A stretch of 64,000 nucleotides of DNA from Turneriella sp. (GCA_965279515.1 CBDIID010000003.1:576001-640000); one strand, 5' to 3'. Positions 43,080 through 53,757 are shown, counted from the stretch's first letter. Program-made: numbers and translations. Notes: generated by a model from the sequence alone, not told the origin.

Positions 43080-44492
43080 CTAAAACACGCCCGCATCGAC
43101 GTCTTTGATAAAGCGGATCACGCCGCCCATAAAGACCTCCTGGTCATCCCACATCGACAGGTGACTGCCATTGGGGCAGAACAGAAAACGCCCCCTTTTC
43201 ACCAAGCGGCTCTGTTTTTCCATAGCCTGTGGATCCATGGTATCGTATTTTGCACCGATCATCAGTGTCGGCACGGTGATCTCTTTCAGGCGGTGCATGA
43301 TATCCCACTCCGCTAAACGGCCGCCGATGCCGAATTCGCTCGGGCCCTGCATCAACGTGTAGATCCCGCTATTGACATGATCCATGGAGCGCTTCAGGCC
43401 ATCGGGCCAGTCTTTCAGCCGGCAGATGTGCTTGTGGTAAAAATGCGGCAAGAGCAGCTCCATGTAGCGCGGATTCTCAAAATCCTTTTTGGCTTCGATC
43501 GCCCTGATCTCGGCGAGCACCGCGGGATTCATCTGCTTCGCCAGCACCTCATTCGCATACCTGCCATACGCCGGCGCACTCGCCATCATATTCGAGATTA
43601 AGAGCCCCTTCAGATTCTTCTGGTATTTGAGTGCATACTCCATCGCCAGAATGCCGCCCCAGGAATTACCGAGCAGGTAAAAATTTTTGCCGTCGGCGCC
43701 GATCGCCTGGCGCACCTGTTCGACCTCTTCGACAAAACGACTGACCTGCCAAAGGCTGTTATCTTTGGGCTGGTCGCTGAAGTGCGAACCCAGCTGGTCA
43801 TATTGATAGAATTCAAAGCCCTCTTTCGCAAAGAACTTTTCGAAACATTCCATATATTCATGCGTCAGCGCCGGCCCGCCATGCAGTAACAGGATTTTGA
43901 TTTTCGGATTATTGCCGAAACGTTTAGTCCAGACCTGGAATTTCCCTGCGGGCGTTTGGATGGGAATCATCTTTACGCCTTCGGCAGCGGCGCTTGTATT
44001 TTCGCCGAAAATCGCATGTGCAAAGGCCGGCGACTCAAAGTCGACATCCCCGACCTTGCTGAAGGTGATCTCGCCCTGCTCATTCAGAACATAGGTTGTC
44101 GGTATCGCGTGGATGCCATAGGTCTCGAAAGATTCTGCGAGAGTATAAAAGGCAAACGGATATTGATGGCGTTGGCGGTAGCTAAGCATCGTGCCCATAC
44201 CTTCGTCCGTGACAAGCGCTACATCGACCTGCCTGAGCTTACCCTGCCATGCTGCGTGTAGTTTAGGCAGTTCGCGCGCGCAATCATGGCACCAGCTCGC
44301 ATAGAAGACGATCACGAGCGGGCGGCCAGGCCGCGGTTTCAGGGTGACTTTTGCGCCGAGAGCATCGGTGACGTTGAGGTTTGACAAGGTCAGAGGCGGA
44401 GCCACACGGTACTTGCTGTACGTGTAGACGATCAGCAGCAAACCAACCAGCACCGCGACGGCGATGGCCCAGGTTTTAGGTTTGTTCAGCAC
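43080..44492 (-). CDS. TlpA-like thioredoxin fused to proline iminopeptidase
   Basis: N-terminal TM, FYASWCHDC, IPTTY; then LHGGP, DQLG, GNSWGG, GSH. Start uncertain (GTG 44492 or track start 44525). Confidence 0.82.
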   Translation of the reverse strand: MLNKPKTWAIAVAVLVGLLLIVYTYSKYRVAPPLTLSNLNVTDALGAKVTLKPRPGRPLVIVFYASWCHDCARELPKLHAAWQGKLRQVDVALVTDEGMGTMLSYRQRHQYPFAFYTLAESFETYGIHAIPTTYVLNEQGEITFSKVGDVDFESPAFAHAIFGENTSAAAEGVKMIPIQTPAGKFQVWTKRFGNNPKIKILLLHGGPALTHEYMECFEKFFAKEGFEFYQYDQLGSHFSDQPKDNSLWQVSRFVEEVEQVRQAIGADGKNFYLLGNSWGGILAMEYALKYQKNLKGLLISNMMASAPAYGRYANEVLAKQMNPAVLAEIRAIEAKKDFENPRYMELLLPHFYHKHICRLKDWPDGLKRSMDHVNSGIYTLMQGPSEFGIGGRLAEWDIMHRLKEITVPTLMIGAKYDTMDPQAMEKQSRLVKRGRFLFCPNGSHLSMWDDQEVFMGGVIRFIKDVDAGVF

Positions 44493-44542
44493 AAATCCGC
44501 CTGAAGGCCTCGCCGGCAACGTCAAATAGAATCGTAAATCCT

Positions 44543-45511
44543 ATGGATAACCTGACACATTCCATGACCGCTGCCATTGCAGCAAAATTCGTCCGCAAGG
44601 GCGGCGAAGCACTGCCGGCGCGCCCGATCTTCTGGCTGCTCATCGCCAGCGTCAATTTTCCCGACCTGGATGTGGTGATGGCGCTGTTCCGCGATCCGAT
44701 TCTCAGCATCAAGACGCACAGGTGGATTACCCACTCTGTTCTCGCTGCCCCGTTTTTTGCAGTCATACCCGCGGCGTTATTTTACCGTTTCAGCAGCATC
44801 AAGGATTTCCGTGTGCTATGGCTCACGGCGCAACTGGGTATTTTCCTGCATATCTTCTGCGATCTTGTGACGCCCTATGGAACCCAGCTTTTGGCGCCCT
44901 TTTCAACCCAGCGCTTTACGCTGGGTTCGCTATTTATCGTCGATCTGTATTTCTCGTTCGGCCTGCTGGCGCTGATCCTGCTCGGCAGGTACCATGCCCG
45001 CCGCAAAAAACTTTGGCAGAGGTTTGCGCTGGGGTATCTGATATTTTATCTTTTGGGCACATTTTGTATCCACGAGTATGCCGATGCGCGGGTGCGGCGC
45101 GTGGTGCGCGAGAAGCAGATCGTGTTTGAGAAGATCTCAACGCTGCCCTTGCCTTTAAGCGTTTTTGACTGGGTGGGCCTTGTCCAGGCAAAGGACGGTG
45201 TTCATCGTGTTTTTTTCTCTTTATGGAATAACCAGATGGTGTTCGAAGACCTGAAACACGCCGACGATGTCTTCGCGCAAAAAGCGAAACAGCATCCGCA
45301 CACGCAGTGGTATTTTGGCTTTGCCCATCATCCCCGATTGATTTCGTATACGCAGGACAAGAACCAAATTGTTGAAATACAGGATCTGCAATTTTCTGCG
45401 CCACTCAAACTCATCAAGATGATCGGTGCCGAGCGGCGACGCCCGCCCTTTACCTTAAGATTCACCTACAACGCCCAGGCTGAACTCACAGGCAGCACGT
45501 TCAACGAATAG
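44543..45511 (+). CDS. Membrane-bound metal-dependent hydrolase (YdjM family)
   Basis: MDNLTHS, PDLD, HRWITHS, HIFCD..T.YGT. Confidence 0.88.
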   Translation: MDNLTHSMTAAIAAKFVRKGGEALPARPIFWLLIASVNFPDLDVVMALFRDPILSIKTHRWITHSVLAAPFFAVIPAALFYRFSSIKDFRVLWLTAQLGIFLHIFCDLVTPYGTQLLAPFSTQRFTLGSLFIVDLYFSFGLLALILLGRYHARRKKLWQRFALGYLIFYLLGTFCIHEYADARVRRVVREKQIVFEKISTLPLPLSVFDWVGLVQAKDGVHRVFFSLWNNQMVFEDLKHADDVFAQKAKQHPHTQWYFGFAHHPRLISYTQDKNQIVEIQDLQFSAPLKLIKMIGAERRRPPFTLRFTYNAQAELTGSTFNE

Positions 45512-47314
45512 CTAGGCCTCGGCCGGTTCATCGCGAAACGGTGACCGGGATTCATACTCTGTCGCGGCAAGTTTGCCCACATAATAATTACCGACCGTCC
45601 GGTAGAACCAGTTGTCGGAGTGGAAAAGTAAAAAATAATCTTCGCGTTCTGCACCGACCGTGGACTTGATTTCGAGCGCTGTACGGCCCAAATGGATCGC
45701 CGGGAGTTTTTTCGCAATGCCCTCTTCGACATAATCATAGAGCATGCGTTGGTATAATTTCTGCTCTGCGTTGACCGCGCTCTCAAAGCCGACATAGTGG
45801 GCGATGAGTCTGTCCCCCGCATCCATCGAGCTGCGGAAACCGACGAGGCGGTTCTCGAAAAAATAGCCGTAGAGTGAAAATTCAGGCATGCCGGCAAGGC
45901 GCATAAAATAGTCTTCGGAAACCTGCTCGAGGTTAAATTTGTCGAGACGCACGATATTGCTGAATAATGCGTTGATTTCTGTTTTGTACTGAGCGATCTG
46001 CGGCAGGTTCAATTTCTGCATCGTCACCGCGGCGCTTTTTTTCAGCGTGCTCTGGTAGCGCTGCCGGTACTTCGTGCGCATCGCGGCCACGTAAGCCGCC
46101 ACTGTCGGCCAGACATTTTGCACCACCATGTTCGGGTCGACCTGGAACTTTTTAAACTCGGCCGGCGTCTTTTTCAGCGGCAGGGGAATATCCTTGATAA
46201 TGACCGCGTCAAAATCGATGGCATCTTTGAGTTTGCGGAGCGCGGCTGTGACGGCGTCGGCCTCGTCCATATCATCGGGTTTCGAAACGAAACGAAAATC
46301 ACCGGTGAGGTTCGGGCAGCCGTTAACCAATATCGAAATCTGGCGGTTTTGTACGAAGAATTGGATCACCCTGCGCACAAGGCTCTTACCCAGCGAGCCT
46401 TTGGCCTTTACGTATCCCAAAAGCTCGCGCGGCGTCACGGTGAGTTTTTGAAACAGCAAAAGCGCATCTGAGCCATTGGGACCTCCCACTTTGACAAAAT
46501 AGCTCTGCCCCTCGATGCCATGGCTCACCTGCGAGATGTAGGATGCGAGCCAGAGTTGGTCCTTGAAGTACAGGTCAACACCCTTGATCTGGTCGAGTTT
46601 TGTATAGATGATCGAACCGATTTTTTTCTGCAGCCGGCGCCGCGCAATGGCGCGCGCGATTTTTTTACCGATGACAATCAGCAGCAAAAGGACGGTCGAC
46701 ATGCCGAAATAGATCGGAATGTAATACAGGGGATTTTTGACGTAGGGACTCAGTGCCGTGGTGATGAGCGCAATGCAGAAAATGCCCGGCATCAGCCCCA
46801 AAAAGGTGCCGACGATATAGAGGCGCAGGTTAACGCCCACGGCGCCGGCGAGGTAGTTCTCGATCGTGAACGGTGCCACCGGGGTCAGGCGGATGATCAT
46901 CACGGTGGCAAGGCTCGGCGAACGCAGGGCATCCTTCAGATCGGAAAGCCGGCGGTTGTCGAGAAATTTGAAAACCTGCTTTTGGCTGAACCAGGCGCCA
47001 AAATAATAATTCATGATCGCAGCCGTCATGGTTCCGGCAAAACAATACAGGATTCCCGGAAAAAGACCAAAGCTTAGAATGGTACCATAGAGCAGAATAC
47101 TGATGGGGAAAACAAAAAGACTCAGCAGGCAGTAGATACCCACAACCAGGAACCCGGCCCAGGGGGTGTTGGGAATATTCCGGACGCTATTACTGATCGA
47201 GTCGATCAGCGCGGGATCCAAAAATTTCCAGGATAGCCCGAGCGCAAACAGCAATAACAGCGGAAAACTCAGCCGCAGCAGATCGACAAAACGGCCCATC
47301 TTGCTCCGCGCCAT
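45512..47314 (-). CDS. DedA/VTT (TVP38) domain fused to GNAT/FemAB-like domain
   Basis: IRLTPVAPF..NY.AG, GTFLGLMPG; C-terminal MRTKYRQR, HYVGF, LGRTALEIK..VGA. Confidence 0.8.
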   Translation of the reverse strand: MARSKMGRFVDLLRLSFPLLLLFALGLSWKFLDPALIDSISNSVRNIPNTPWAGFLVVGIYCLLSLFVFPISILLYGTILSFGLFPGILYCFAGTMTAAIMNYYFGAWFSQKQVFKFLDNRRLSDLKDALRSPSLATVMIIRLTPVAPFTIENYLAGAVGVNLRLYIVGTFLGLMPGIFCIALITTALSPYVKNPLYYIPIYFGMSTVLLLLIVIGKKIARAIARRRLQKKIGSIIYTKLDQIKGVDLYFKDQLWLASYISQVSHGIEGQSYFVKVGGPNGSDALLLFQKLTVTPRELLGYVKAKGSLGKSLVRRVIQFFVQNRQISILVNGCPNLTGDFRFVSKPDDMDEADAVTAALRKLKDAIDFDAVIIKDIPLPLKKTPAEFKKFQVDPNMVVQNVWPTVAAYVAAMRTKYRQRYQSTLKKSAAVTMQKLNLPQIAQYKTEINALFSNIVRLDKFNLEQVSEDYFMRLAGMPEFSLYGYFFENRLVGFRSSMDAGDRLIAHYVGFESAVNAEQKLYQRMLYDYVEEGIAKKLPAIHLGRTALEIKSTVGAEREDYFLLFHSDNWFYRTVGNYYVGKLAATEYESRSPFRDEPAEA

Positions 47315-47392
47315 AACAAGTCGCTCTGCGATTGGTAAACCGAACGTCAATGGGTTGACGGCGCGTGGGATAAGTAAGCGTGCTGTCCGACT

Positions 47393-47893
47393 ATGATGCC
47401 CAACCTTGCAATTGTTGCAGCTGCAGCGCTTATCCCTCTTTTGATGGGATTTATTTGGTACCACCCGAAAGTATTCGGCACCGCGTGGATGAACCTCGCG
47501 GGCCTGACTGAAGAAAAGATGAAAGGCGCGAATATGGCCCTCGTCTTTATCTTAAGTTATGTTTTCGCTTTTATGATGGGGCTCGCGATTATGGGCATCG
47601 TCATACACCAGGGACATATTTATTCGATTCTCGTGAAGACACCAGGCTTCGGTGTGGCTGGTTCGCCCGTGATGACCATGCTCGACGGCTTCATGCGCGA
47701 TTATGGCCATAATTTCCGTACTTTTAAGCACGGTGTTTTCCACGGTGTATTGTTTTCTATCTTTTTTGTTCTGCCTCTCATCGCGACGGGTGCGATGTTT
47801 GAACGCAAAAGCTTCAAATATATCTTCCTTAACTGGGGTTACTGGCTCGCCACGATCTCCCTCATGGGCGGCGTGATCTGTCAGTTTGCTTAG
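47393..47893 (+). CDS. DUF1761 family membrane protein
   Basis: GFIWYHPKVFGTAWM, FRTFKHG. Confidence 0.85.
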   Translation: MMPNLAIVAAAALIPLLMGFIWYHPKVFGTAWMNLAGLTEEKMKGANMALVFILSYVFAFMMGLAIMGIVIHQGHIYSILVKTPGFGVAGSPVMTMLDGFMRDYGHNFRTFKHGVFHGVLFSIFFVLPLIATGAMFERKSFKYIFLNWGYWLATISLMGGVICQFA

Positions 47894-47896
47894 GAT

Positions 47897-48005
47897 AATC
47901 TAAAAGGCGCATCTTGGGAAAACCGAGGCAGGCCGCTTCGGCCGCTTTAGCAGCACTTTGCAAAGCAAAGTGCGGGGCCTCTGGTTTTCCTGCGCATTTT
48001 AGATT
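47897..48005. repeat. 109-bp palindromic intergenic element (MITE/REP-like or structured RNA)
   Basis: Ends AATCTAAAA/TTTTAGATT; long imperfect stem; two internal perfect hairpins. Confidence 0.6.
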
Positions 48006-48073
48006 TCACACGGTCACAATCGCCCCCTTATAAAACAGGGTTTACGTACCCACCCCCCAATCCCTGATGCGTC

Positions 48074-49552
48074 ATGGCATCTAAACGTAACCCCATCAAA
48101 CGCGCCGCCCTCGTCCTGCTCACTGGTCTCATTCTCTTCATCGGCTATACAATCATCTTCACGGAACCACGCATCCACCCGGTTACACCCGGCTCGACAG
48201 CCCCCGCCGTCGATTATGCCGCGCTAAGTCTTGAGGCCGCGGCAGATCTGCAAAAATATATCCGCATCGCGACGGTGCGCGGCAAAGAGCGCGAGGGTGC
48301 GCTATTCCTGAAAGCCATTCTCGATAAGCGTGGCATTCCCTCGCGGCTCATTGCCTACCCCGGCAAGCCTGACCGCGTCTCTTTGGTTGCGGAACTCAAG
48401 GGTAAGGATTCCAGCAAGGGCGGACTCATTCTCACGAGCCACATCGACGTCGTCGAAGCCGATGCCCGCGAATGGGTGCATCCGCCTTTTGCCGGCCTGC
48501 TTGCGGGCGGCAATGTCCATGGCCGCGGCGCTGTCGACACTAAAGGCTTAGGCATCATGCAGCTCTATGCGTTTTTACTCGCGCACGAGAAAAAAATACC
48601 GCTCGAAACCAATCTGATGTTCCTCGCGGTTGCCGACGAAGAGAGCCGTTCGGAGCACGGCATGCGTTTTCTGGTGCGCCAGCACCGTGACATCTTCAAT
48701 GGTTATGAATATGTCTGGAATGAAGGCGGCACAGGCAGTAAGGACGTGGCCATCAAGGGCACGAAACTTTTTAATATCCAGCTCGCAGAAAAGGGCGCTG
48801 TGTGGCTGGATCTCAAATCGAAGGCCAACCCCGGCCACGGCAGCACTCCGCCTCTCACCTATGCGGCGAAGGCGATGGTAGATTTTTTAACCGAAGTGCA
48901 GACGATTTCGGAGAAAACGCAGATCGACGACCAGGCCGCGGCATTTTTTTCTTCGCTGGCAGACCTGTTGCCCTTCCCGCAATCCTTTGCGCTGCGCCGC
49001 TCACGCAACCCCGCGCTTTTTCCGCTGATTAAGAAGAGTATCAACCTGAGCCGCCACCTCATCGCCATGACGCGCAATACCGTCAGCATCACCGGCATCG
49101 ACACGCACCCGATCGGCATCAATGTCATCACGTCTGAAACGACGGGGTCTATCGACATGCGCATTTTGCCCGGGCTGGATGAAAAACAGATGGTCGAACG
49201 CATCAAGGCCATCGGCGCAAAGCATAACGTCGAAGTCACGCCGCGCCATATGGAGGCAGGCTCGATTTCTCCGATGGATGGCCTGCTGTTCCGCGTCATC
49301 GCAGGGGTTGCGGTCAAGACAGTGCCCGGCTCGAACGCCGCACCCTTCATGTCGCCTGGCACAACCGATAGTTCTTACCTGCGGCAAATTGGCCTGAAAT
49401 GTTACGGGCTGATTCCCGCCCTGCTGTCAACAGAAGAGATCGACGGCATCCACGGCAAGAATGAAAGTATGGCGGTCGACCACCTGAAAGTGGGGATTGA
49501 GATACTCTTTAAGTCTGTAGTCGAGTACAACTACCAGTTACAGAAAAAATAA
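48074..49552 (+). CDS. M20/M25/M40 metallopeptidase with N-terminal anchor
   Basis: SHIDVV, GRGAVDTKG, DEE, NEGG, GTTDS, IHGKNE. Confidence 0.92.
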   Translation: MASKRNPIKRAALVLLTGLILFIGYTIIFTEPRIHPVTPGSTAPAVDYAALSLEAAADLQKYIRIATVRGKEREGALFLKAILDKRGIPSRLIAYPGKPDRVSLVAELKGKDSSKGGLILTSHIDVVEADAREWVHPPFAGLLAGGNVHGRGAVDTKGLGIMQLYAFLLAHEKKIPLETNLMFLAVADEESRSEHGMRFLVRQHRDIFNGYEYVWNEGGTGSKDVAIKGTKLFNIQLAEKGAVWLDLKSKANPGHGSTPPLTYAAKAMVDFLTEVQTISEKTQIDDQAAAFFSSLADLLPFPQSFALRRSRNPALFPLIKKSINLSRHLIAMTRNTVSITGIDTHPIGINVITSETTGSIDMRILPGLDEKQMVERIKAIGAKHNVEVTPRHMEAGSISPMDGLLFRVIAGVAVKTVPGSNAAPFMSPGTTDSSYLRQIGLKCYGLIPALLSTEEIDGIHGKNESMAVDHLKVGIEILFKSVVEYNYQLQKK

Positions 49553-49612
49553 CCAGTCCCTTCGTTGAAATGGCTATTCAGCATAGCCATCCCTGCGGGC
49601 AAGTCAACAACG

Positions 49613-50491
49613 ATGGATTTTGTAGATTATTACCAGGTACTGGGCGTCAGCAAATCGGCGACAGACGAAGAGATCAAGACCGCCTACCGCAAACTCGCGC
49701 GTAAATACCACCCCGACCTGAATCCCAATAACAAGGATGCTAAAAGTAAATTCCAGCAACTCAATGAAGCCAACGAGGTGCTCAGCAATAAGGAAAATCG
49801 CCGCAAGTACGACCAGTACGGCAAGGATTTCAAACACGTCGATGAAAGCGCAGGGCCGCGGAATTCGTATTCCTCTCCCGGCGGCGGTCCCTTCACTTAT
49901 TCCGGCGGCAATGAAGATTTTTCCGACTTCTTCCGCTCGATGTTCGAGGGCCGCGCGGGTGGCGGCCGCGAAGTTAAATTCCGGGGCCAGGATATTGCCG
50001 CCGAACTGCACTTACCGCTGAGACAGGCATATAAGTCGCACCAGGAAATTCTGACGGTAGGCGGCAAACAGATCCGCGTCACTATACCCGCGGGGCTGGA
50101 AAACGGGCAAACGCTGACGCTGGCAGGCCAGGGTGGCCCCGGAATGGGTGGCGGCCCGCAGGGCGATCTCTATATCACTTTTGCCATTGCGGATGATCCG
50201 CAATTCAAACGCCTGGGAGCCGATCTCTATACAACCGTCGATCTCGATCTTTATACCGCAATACTCGGCGGTGAGGTCGTCATCGACACGCTCGACGGAA
50301 GCGTAAAACTGAAAGTTGCTCCCGAGACGCAAAATGACTCCAAGGTAAAATTAAAAGGCAAAGGCTTTCCGGTCTTTAAGAAAGAGGGAGAGTTCGGCGA
50401 CCTCTATGTAACCTTTAAAGTAAAATTGCCGACCGGGCTTACGTCGAGGCAGAAAGAACTCTTTAGCGAACTATCACAGGAGGGAAAATGA
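49613..50491 (+). CDS. cbpA: DnaJ-class co-chaperone CbpA
   Basis: J domain with HPD, DnaJ_C, no Zn finger, followed by cbpM. Confidence 0.88.
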   Translation: MDFVDYYQVLGVSKSATDEEIKTAYRKLARKYHPDLNPNNKDAKSKFQQLNEANEVLSNKENRRKYDQYGKDFKHVDESAGPRNSYSSPGGGPFTYSGGNEDFSDFFRSMFEGRAGGGREVKFRGQDIAAELHLPLRQAYKSHQEILTVGGKQIRVTIPAGLENGQTLTLAGQGGPGMGGGPQGDLYITFAIADDPQFKRLGADLYTTVDLDLYTAILGGEVVIDTLDGSVKLKVAPETQNDSKVKLKGKGFPVFKKEGEFGDLYVTFKVKLPTGLTSRQKELFSELSQEGK

Positions 50492-50781
50492 GCGTCGCCG
50501 AAAATCTGATTCCTGTCGGGAAATTTTGCGAAAGCCACCAGATCGACATCACCTTCGTTGCGCGTTTGCGCGAGAACGGGCTTGTGGATCTCGTCAGCGA
50601 CAGCGACGTACTTTATGTGCATGTGGAAAACATCCCCCGCCTGGAGAGAATTGTACGCCTGCATTTCGAACTCAACATCAATGTCGAAGGGATCGAGGCA
50701 ATTTCACACCTGCTCGAGCGGCTTGAAGAGAAACAACAGGAAATCACCCTACTGAAGAACCGCCTGCGCCTTTATGAGTGA
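50488..50781 (+). CDS. cbpM: Chaperone modulator CbpM
   Basis: MerR_2-like, RLH.EL.IN.EGI; coupled to cbpA. Confidence 0.85.
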   Translation: MSVAENLIPVGKFCESHQIDITFVARLRENGLVDLVSDSDVLYVHVENIPRLERIVRLHFELNINVEGIEAISHLLERLEEKQQEITLLKNRLRLYE

Positions 50782-50784
50782 GAC

Positions 50785-51303
50785 ATGGAAACGGCAGAAC
50801 GGATTGTCACTTACTTAGGCCAGCTCACCGCGTATGCGCAGGCGCAACTTGCGGATAAAGATCTCGCAGCAGACGCGGTCCAGGAAGCCGTGGCAAAGGC
50901 GGTGAAAGCAGCGGCAAATCTCAGGGAAGAAGATAAACTTCTGCCCTGGCTCTACAGCATCCTCAGGAATACCATCGCGGATCTATCCCGTAAACAGGCG
51001 CGCGAAGTAGCCACAGCAGCCTTAGCCGAAGACATGGCGGCGCCCGACGCTGCCGAACGCGACCAGGCCTGCGAGTGTTTTAAACCACTCATCGCCACCC
51101 TGCCCTCCGATTATGGTGAGATCATCAGGGCAGTCGATCTTGAAGAAGAACCGCGGGAGAACGTGGCAGCCCGCCTGGGCGTCACGGTACCCAATCTGAA
51201 CGTAAAAATCCATCGTGCCCGGGAGAAATTGCGGAGCGCCATCGAACAAAGCTGCAAAATGTGCGCAAAGCATGGTTGCCTCAACTGCACTTGTGTACAC
51301 TGA
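50785..51303 (+). CDS. ECF sigma factor with CxC linker and C-terminal Cys-rich domain (CorE-like)
   Basis: sigma2 (DAVQEA, WLYSILRN), ACEC, sigma4 (HRAREKL), CKMCAKHGCLNCTCVH tail. Confidence 0.88.
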   Translation: METAERIVTYLGQLTAYAQAQLADKDLAADAVQEAVAKAVKAAANLREEDKLLPWLYSILRNTIADLSRKQAREVATAALAEDMAAPDAAERDQACECFKPLIATLPSDYGEIIRAVDLEEEPRENVAARLGVTVPNLNVKIHRAREKLRSAIEQSCKMCAKHGCLNCTCVH

Positions 51304-51380
51304 GGGAGAAACTGCAGATTTTTTTCCACCAGGTGTAATATTTCAGGAGTGCATGAGTCTGCCGGGTATAGGAGATTTAT

Positions 51381-53726
51381 ATGAACCATAGCCACCACAA
51401 CCACGAACACACGCATGAAACGCTGCCCCAGGGCAAGGTCAAAGACCCCGTCTGCGGCATGATCATCGATCCCGCCCGGGCGGCTGCAAAGCAACAATAC
51501 AAGGGAGAAACGATTTACTTTTGCAACCTGGGTTGTGAGAAGAAATTCCTGCTTTCGCCTGAAACATACCTGCAACCAAAACCCAGGGTGAAAGTTGCGG
51601 CCGCCCCGACGCAGCATGGCGCGATGTATACCTGTCCCATGCATCCTGAGATACTCCAGGACCATCCCGGTGATTGCCCTAAGTGCGGCATGGCACTTGA
51701 GCCCGTGACACCGACCGCAGAGCCGACAGAGAACCATGAGCTTCAGGATATGAAACGCCGCTTCTGGCTTTCAACCGTTCTGACGCTGCCGCTCTTTGTC
51801 GCATCGATGCTCGATATGGTGCCGGCATTATCCCTGCAACACCGGCTGCCGCAGGGCTGGTTTGGCTGGCTGCAATTCGCCCTGGCGACACCGGTCACGC
51901 TCTGGGCAGGATTTCCCCTGCTGGCGAAGGCGTGGCGTTCGATAAAAAATATTTCACCGAACATGTTTACGCTCATTGGTTTGGGTACGCTGTCGGCGTA
52001 TTTTTTCAGCGTCATCGCGCTGGTTTTTCCGCAGTGGTTTCCCGCGGCTTTCCGCGGCCATGGCGGCAGTGTAGATCTGTATTTCGAAGCAGCCGCGGTG
52101 ATCACAAGCCTCGTGCTTTTGGGGCAAGTGCTTGAACTTACCGCGCGCGACGCCACCGGCGGCGCGATCAAGGCGCTGCTGGGGCTTAAAGCAACGACCG
52201 CGCACCGCGTGACTGCGGCAGGCAGCGAAGAGGATATTCCCCTCGAGCATGTGCATAAAGGCGATTTATTGCGCGTCAGGCCCGGCGAAAAGATTCCCGT
52301 CGATGGCATCGTCACTGAAGGGCAAAGTTATGTCGACGAATCGATGATCACGGGTGAAAGCATTCCCGCAGAGAAACGCGCCGGCGATGCTGTCACTGGC
52401 AGTACCATCAACACAACAGGTTCTTTCGTCATGAAAGCCGAACGCATCGGCAGTGAAACACTGTTATCGCAAATTGTAAATATGGTGAGTGCCGCGCAAA
52501 GGAGCCGTGCGCCGATTCAGCGCCTCGCCGACCTCGTCTCGGCCTGGTTTGTGCCGGCGGTCGTGCTGGTGGCCGCCCTTACATTCGTTACCTGGACAAT
52601 CTTCGGCCCCGAGCCGCGTTATGCCTATGCGTTTGTCAACGCCGTGGCAGTGCTCATCATCGCCTGCCCCTGCGCGCTGGGGCTTGCGACCCCGATGTCG
52701 ATCATGGTCGGCGTCGGCAATGCCGCGCGCCAGGGTATACTCATCAAAAACGCCGAAGCCCTCGAGGGCCTCGGCAAAGTCGACATACTCGTCGTTGATA
52801 AAACGGGCACGCTTACCGAAGGCAAACCCTCTGTCGTCGCGACCTTCGCCGCTGCGGAGTTCAGCGAACAGGCGGTTCTCGAAACCGCCGCGGCCCTCGA
52901 AAAATCGAGCGAACATCCGCTGGCGCGCGCCATCGTAGCCGCTGCAAAAAATGCATCCGGCAGCGTTACAGATTTCCAATCCGTGACGGGCAGCGGCGTG
53001 ACCGCGAAGGTTGCCGGTGTCGAATATGCTCTCGGTAACGAAAAGATGATGCTTGACCGCGGGATATCCGACTCTGCTGCCGATGCTTTTGCCCGCGAGC
53101 ACCGCGCCCGCGGCGAAACCGTTGTGTACCTGGCGCGCGGCAATAACCTTGCCGGTCTCATCGCCATCGCCGATCGCATTAAAGCCACATCGCCGGCGGC
53201 GATTCAGGCGCTGAAGGCAAACGGCATTCAGGTGGTGATGCTCACCGGCGACAATGCGCAGACCGCGCAGGCAATCGCGCATGCGCTGGGCATCGCCGAT
53301 TTCAGGGCCGACGTTAAACCCGCTGACAAGGCGGCGTTTGTTGAAAAACTGATCGGCGAAGGCCACAGCGTGGCGATGGCGGGCGACGGCGTCAATGATG
53401 CACCGGCGCTGGCGCGCGCGCATGTCGGCATTGCCATGGGTACCGGCACCGATGTCGCGATGGAAAGCGCGGGGATTACCCTCGTCAAGGGCGATCTCAT
53501 GAAAATCGCCACGGCGCGCGAGCTCAGCGTCGGCACGATGCGCAACATCAGACAGAATCTGCTGTTTGCCTTTGGTTATAATCTGTTGGGAGTACCCATT
53601 GCCGCGGGGCTGCTCTACCCGTTTTTCGGCATTCTCTTGAGCCCGATGCTCGGTGCCGCAGCGATGAGCCTCAGCTCCGTTTCGGTAATCAGCAATGCGC
53701 TGCGGTTGCGCAAGCGAGCAGCATAA
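51381..53726 (+). CDS. copA: Cu(I)-translocating P1B-type ATPase with YHS and heavy-metal-binding domains
   Basis: His-rich N-terminus, [39 protein letters not shown] and MxxSS motifs. Confidence 0.93.
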   Translation: MNHSHHNHEHTHETLPQGKVKDPVCGMIIDPARAAAKQQYKGETIYFCNLGCEKKFLLSPETYLQPKPRVKVAAAPTQHGAMYTCPMHPEILQDHPGDCPKCGMALEPVTPTAEPTENHELQDMKRRFWLSTVLTLPLFVASMLDMVPALSLQHRLPQGWFGWLQFALATPVTLWAGFPLLAKAWRSIKNISPNMFTLIGLGTLSAYFFSVIALVFPQWFPAAFRGHGGSVDLYFEAAAVITSLVLLGQVLELTARDATGGAIKALLGLKATTAHRVTAAGSEEDIPLEHVHKGDLLRVRPGEKIPVDGIVTEGQSYVDESMITGESIPAEKRAGDAVTGSTINTTGSFVMKAERIGSETLLSQIVNMVSAAQRSRAPIQRLADLVSAWFVPAVVLVAALTFVTWTIFGPEPRYAYAFVNAVAVLIIACPCALGLATPMSIMVGVGNAARQGILIKNAEALEGLGKVDILVVDKTGTLTEGKPSVVATFAAAEFSEQAVLETAAALEKSSEHPLARAIVAAAKNASGSVTDFQSVTGSGVTAKVAGVEYALGNEKMMLDRGISDSAADAFAREHRARGETVVYLARGNNLAGLIAIADRIKATSPAAIQALKANGIQVVMLTGDNAQTAQAIAHALGIADFRADVKPADKAAFVEKLIGEGHSVAMAGDGVNDAPALARAHVGIAMGTGTDVAMESAGITLVKGDLMKIATARELSVGTMRNIRQNLLFAFGYNLLGVPIAAGLLYPFFGILLSPMLGAAAMSLSSVSVISNALRLRKRAA

Positions 53727-53729
53727 AAT

Positions 53730-53757
53730 GAACCCCATGCAACCGTCAGGCGTCTAA
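53730..53757 (+). promoter_or_regulatory. Candidate ECF-type promoter GAACC-N16-CGTCTAA
   Basis: Same layout as the motif upstream of the paralog at 54749. Confidence 0.55.

Noticed and set aside
52464..53738. 424-aa minus-strand ORF (also 34502-35236 and 62972-63508)
   Set aside because: Antisense shadows of copA, icd/MFS and the DUF1566 gene
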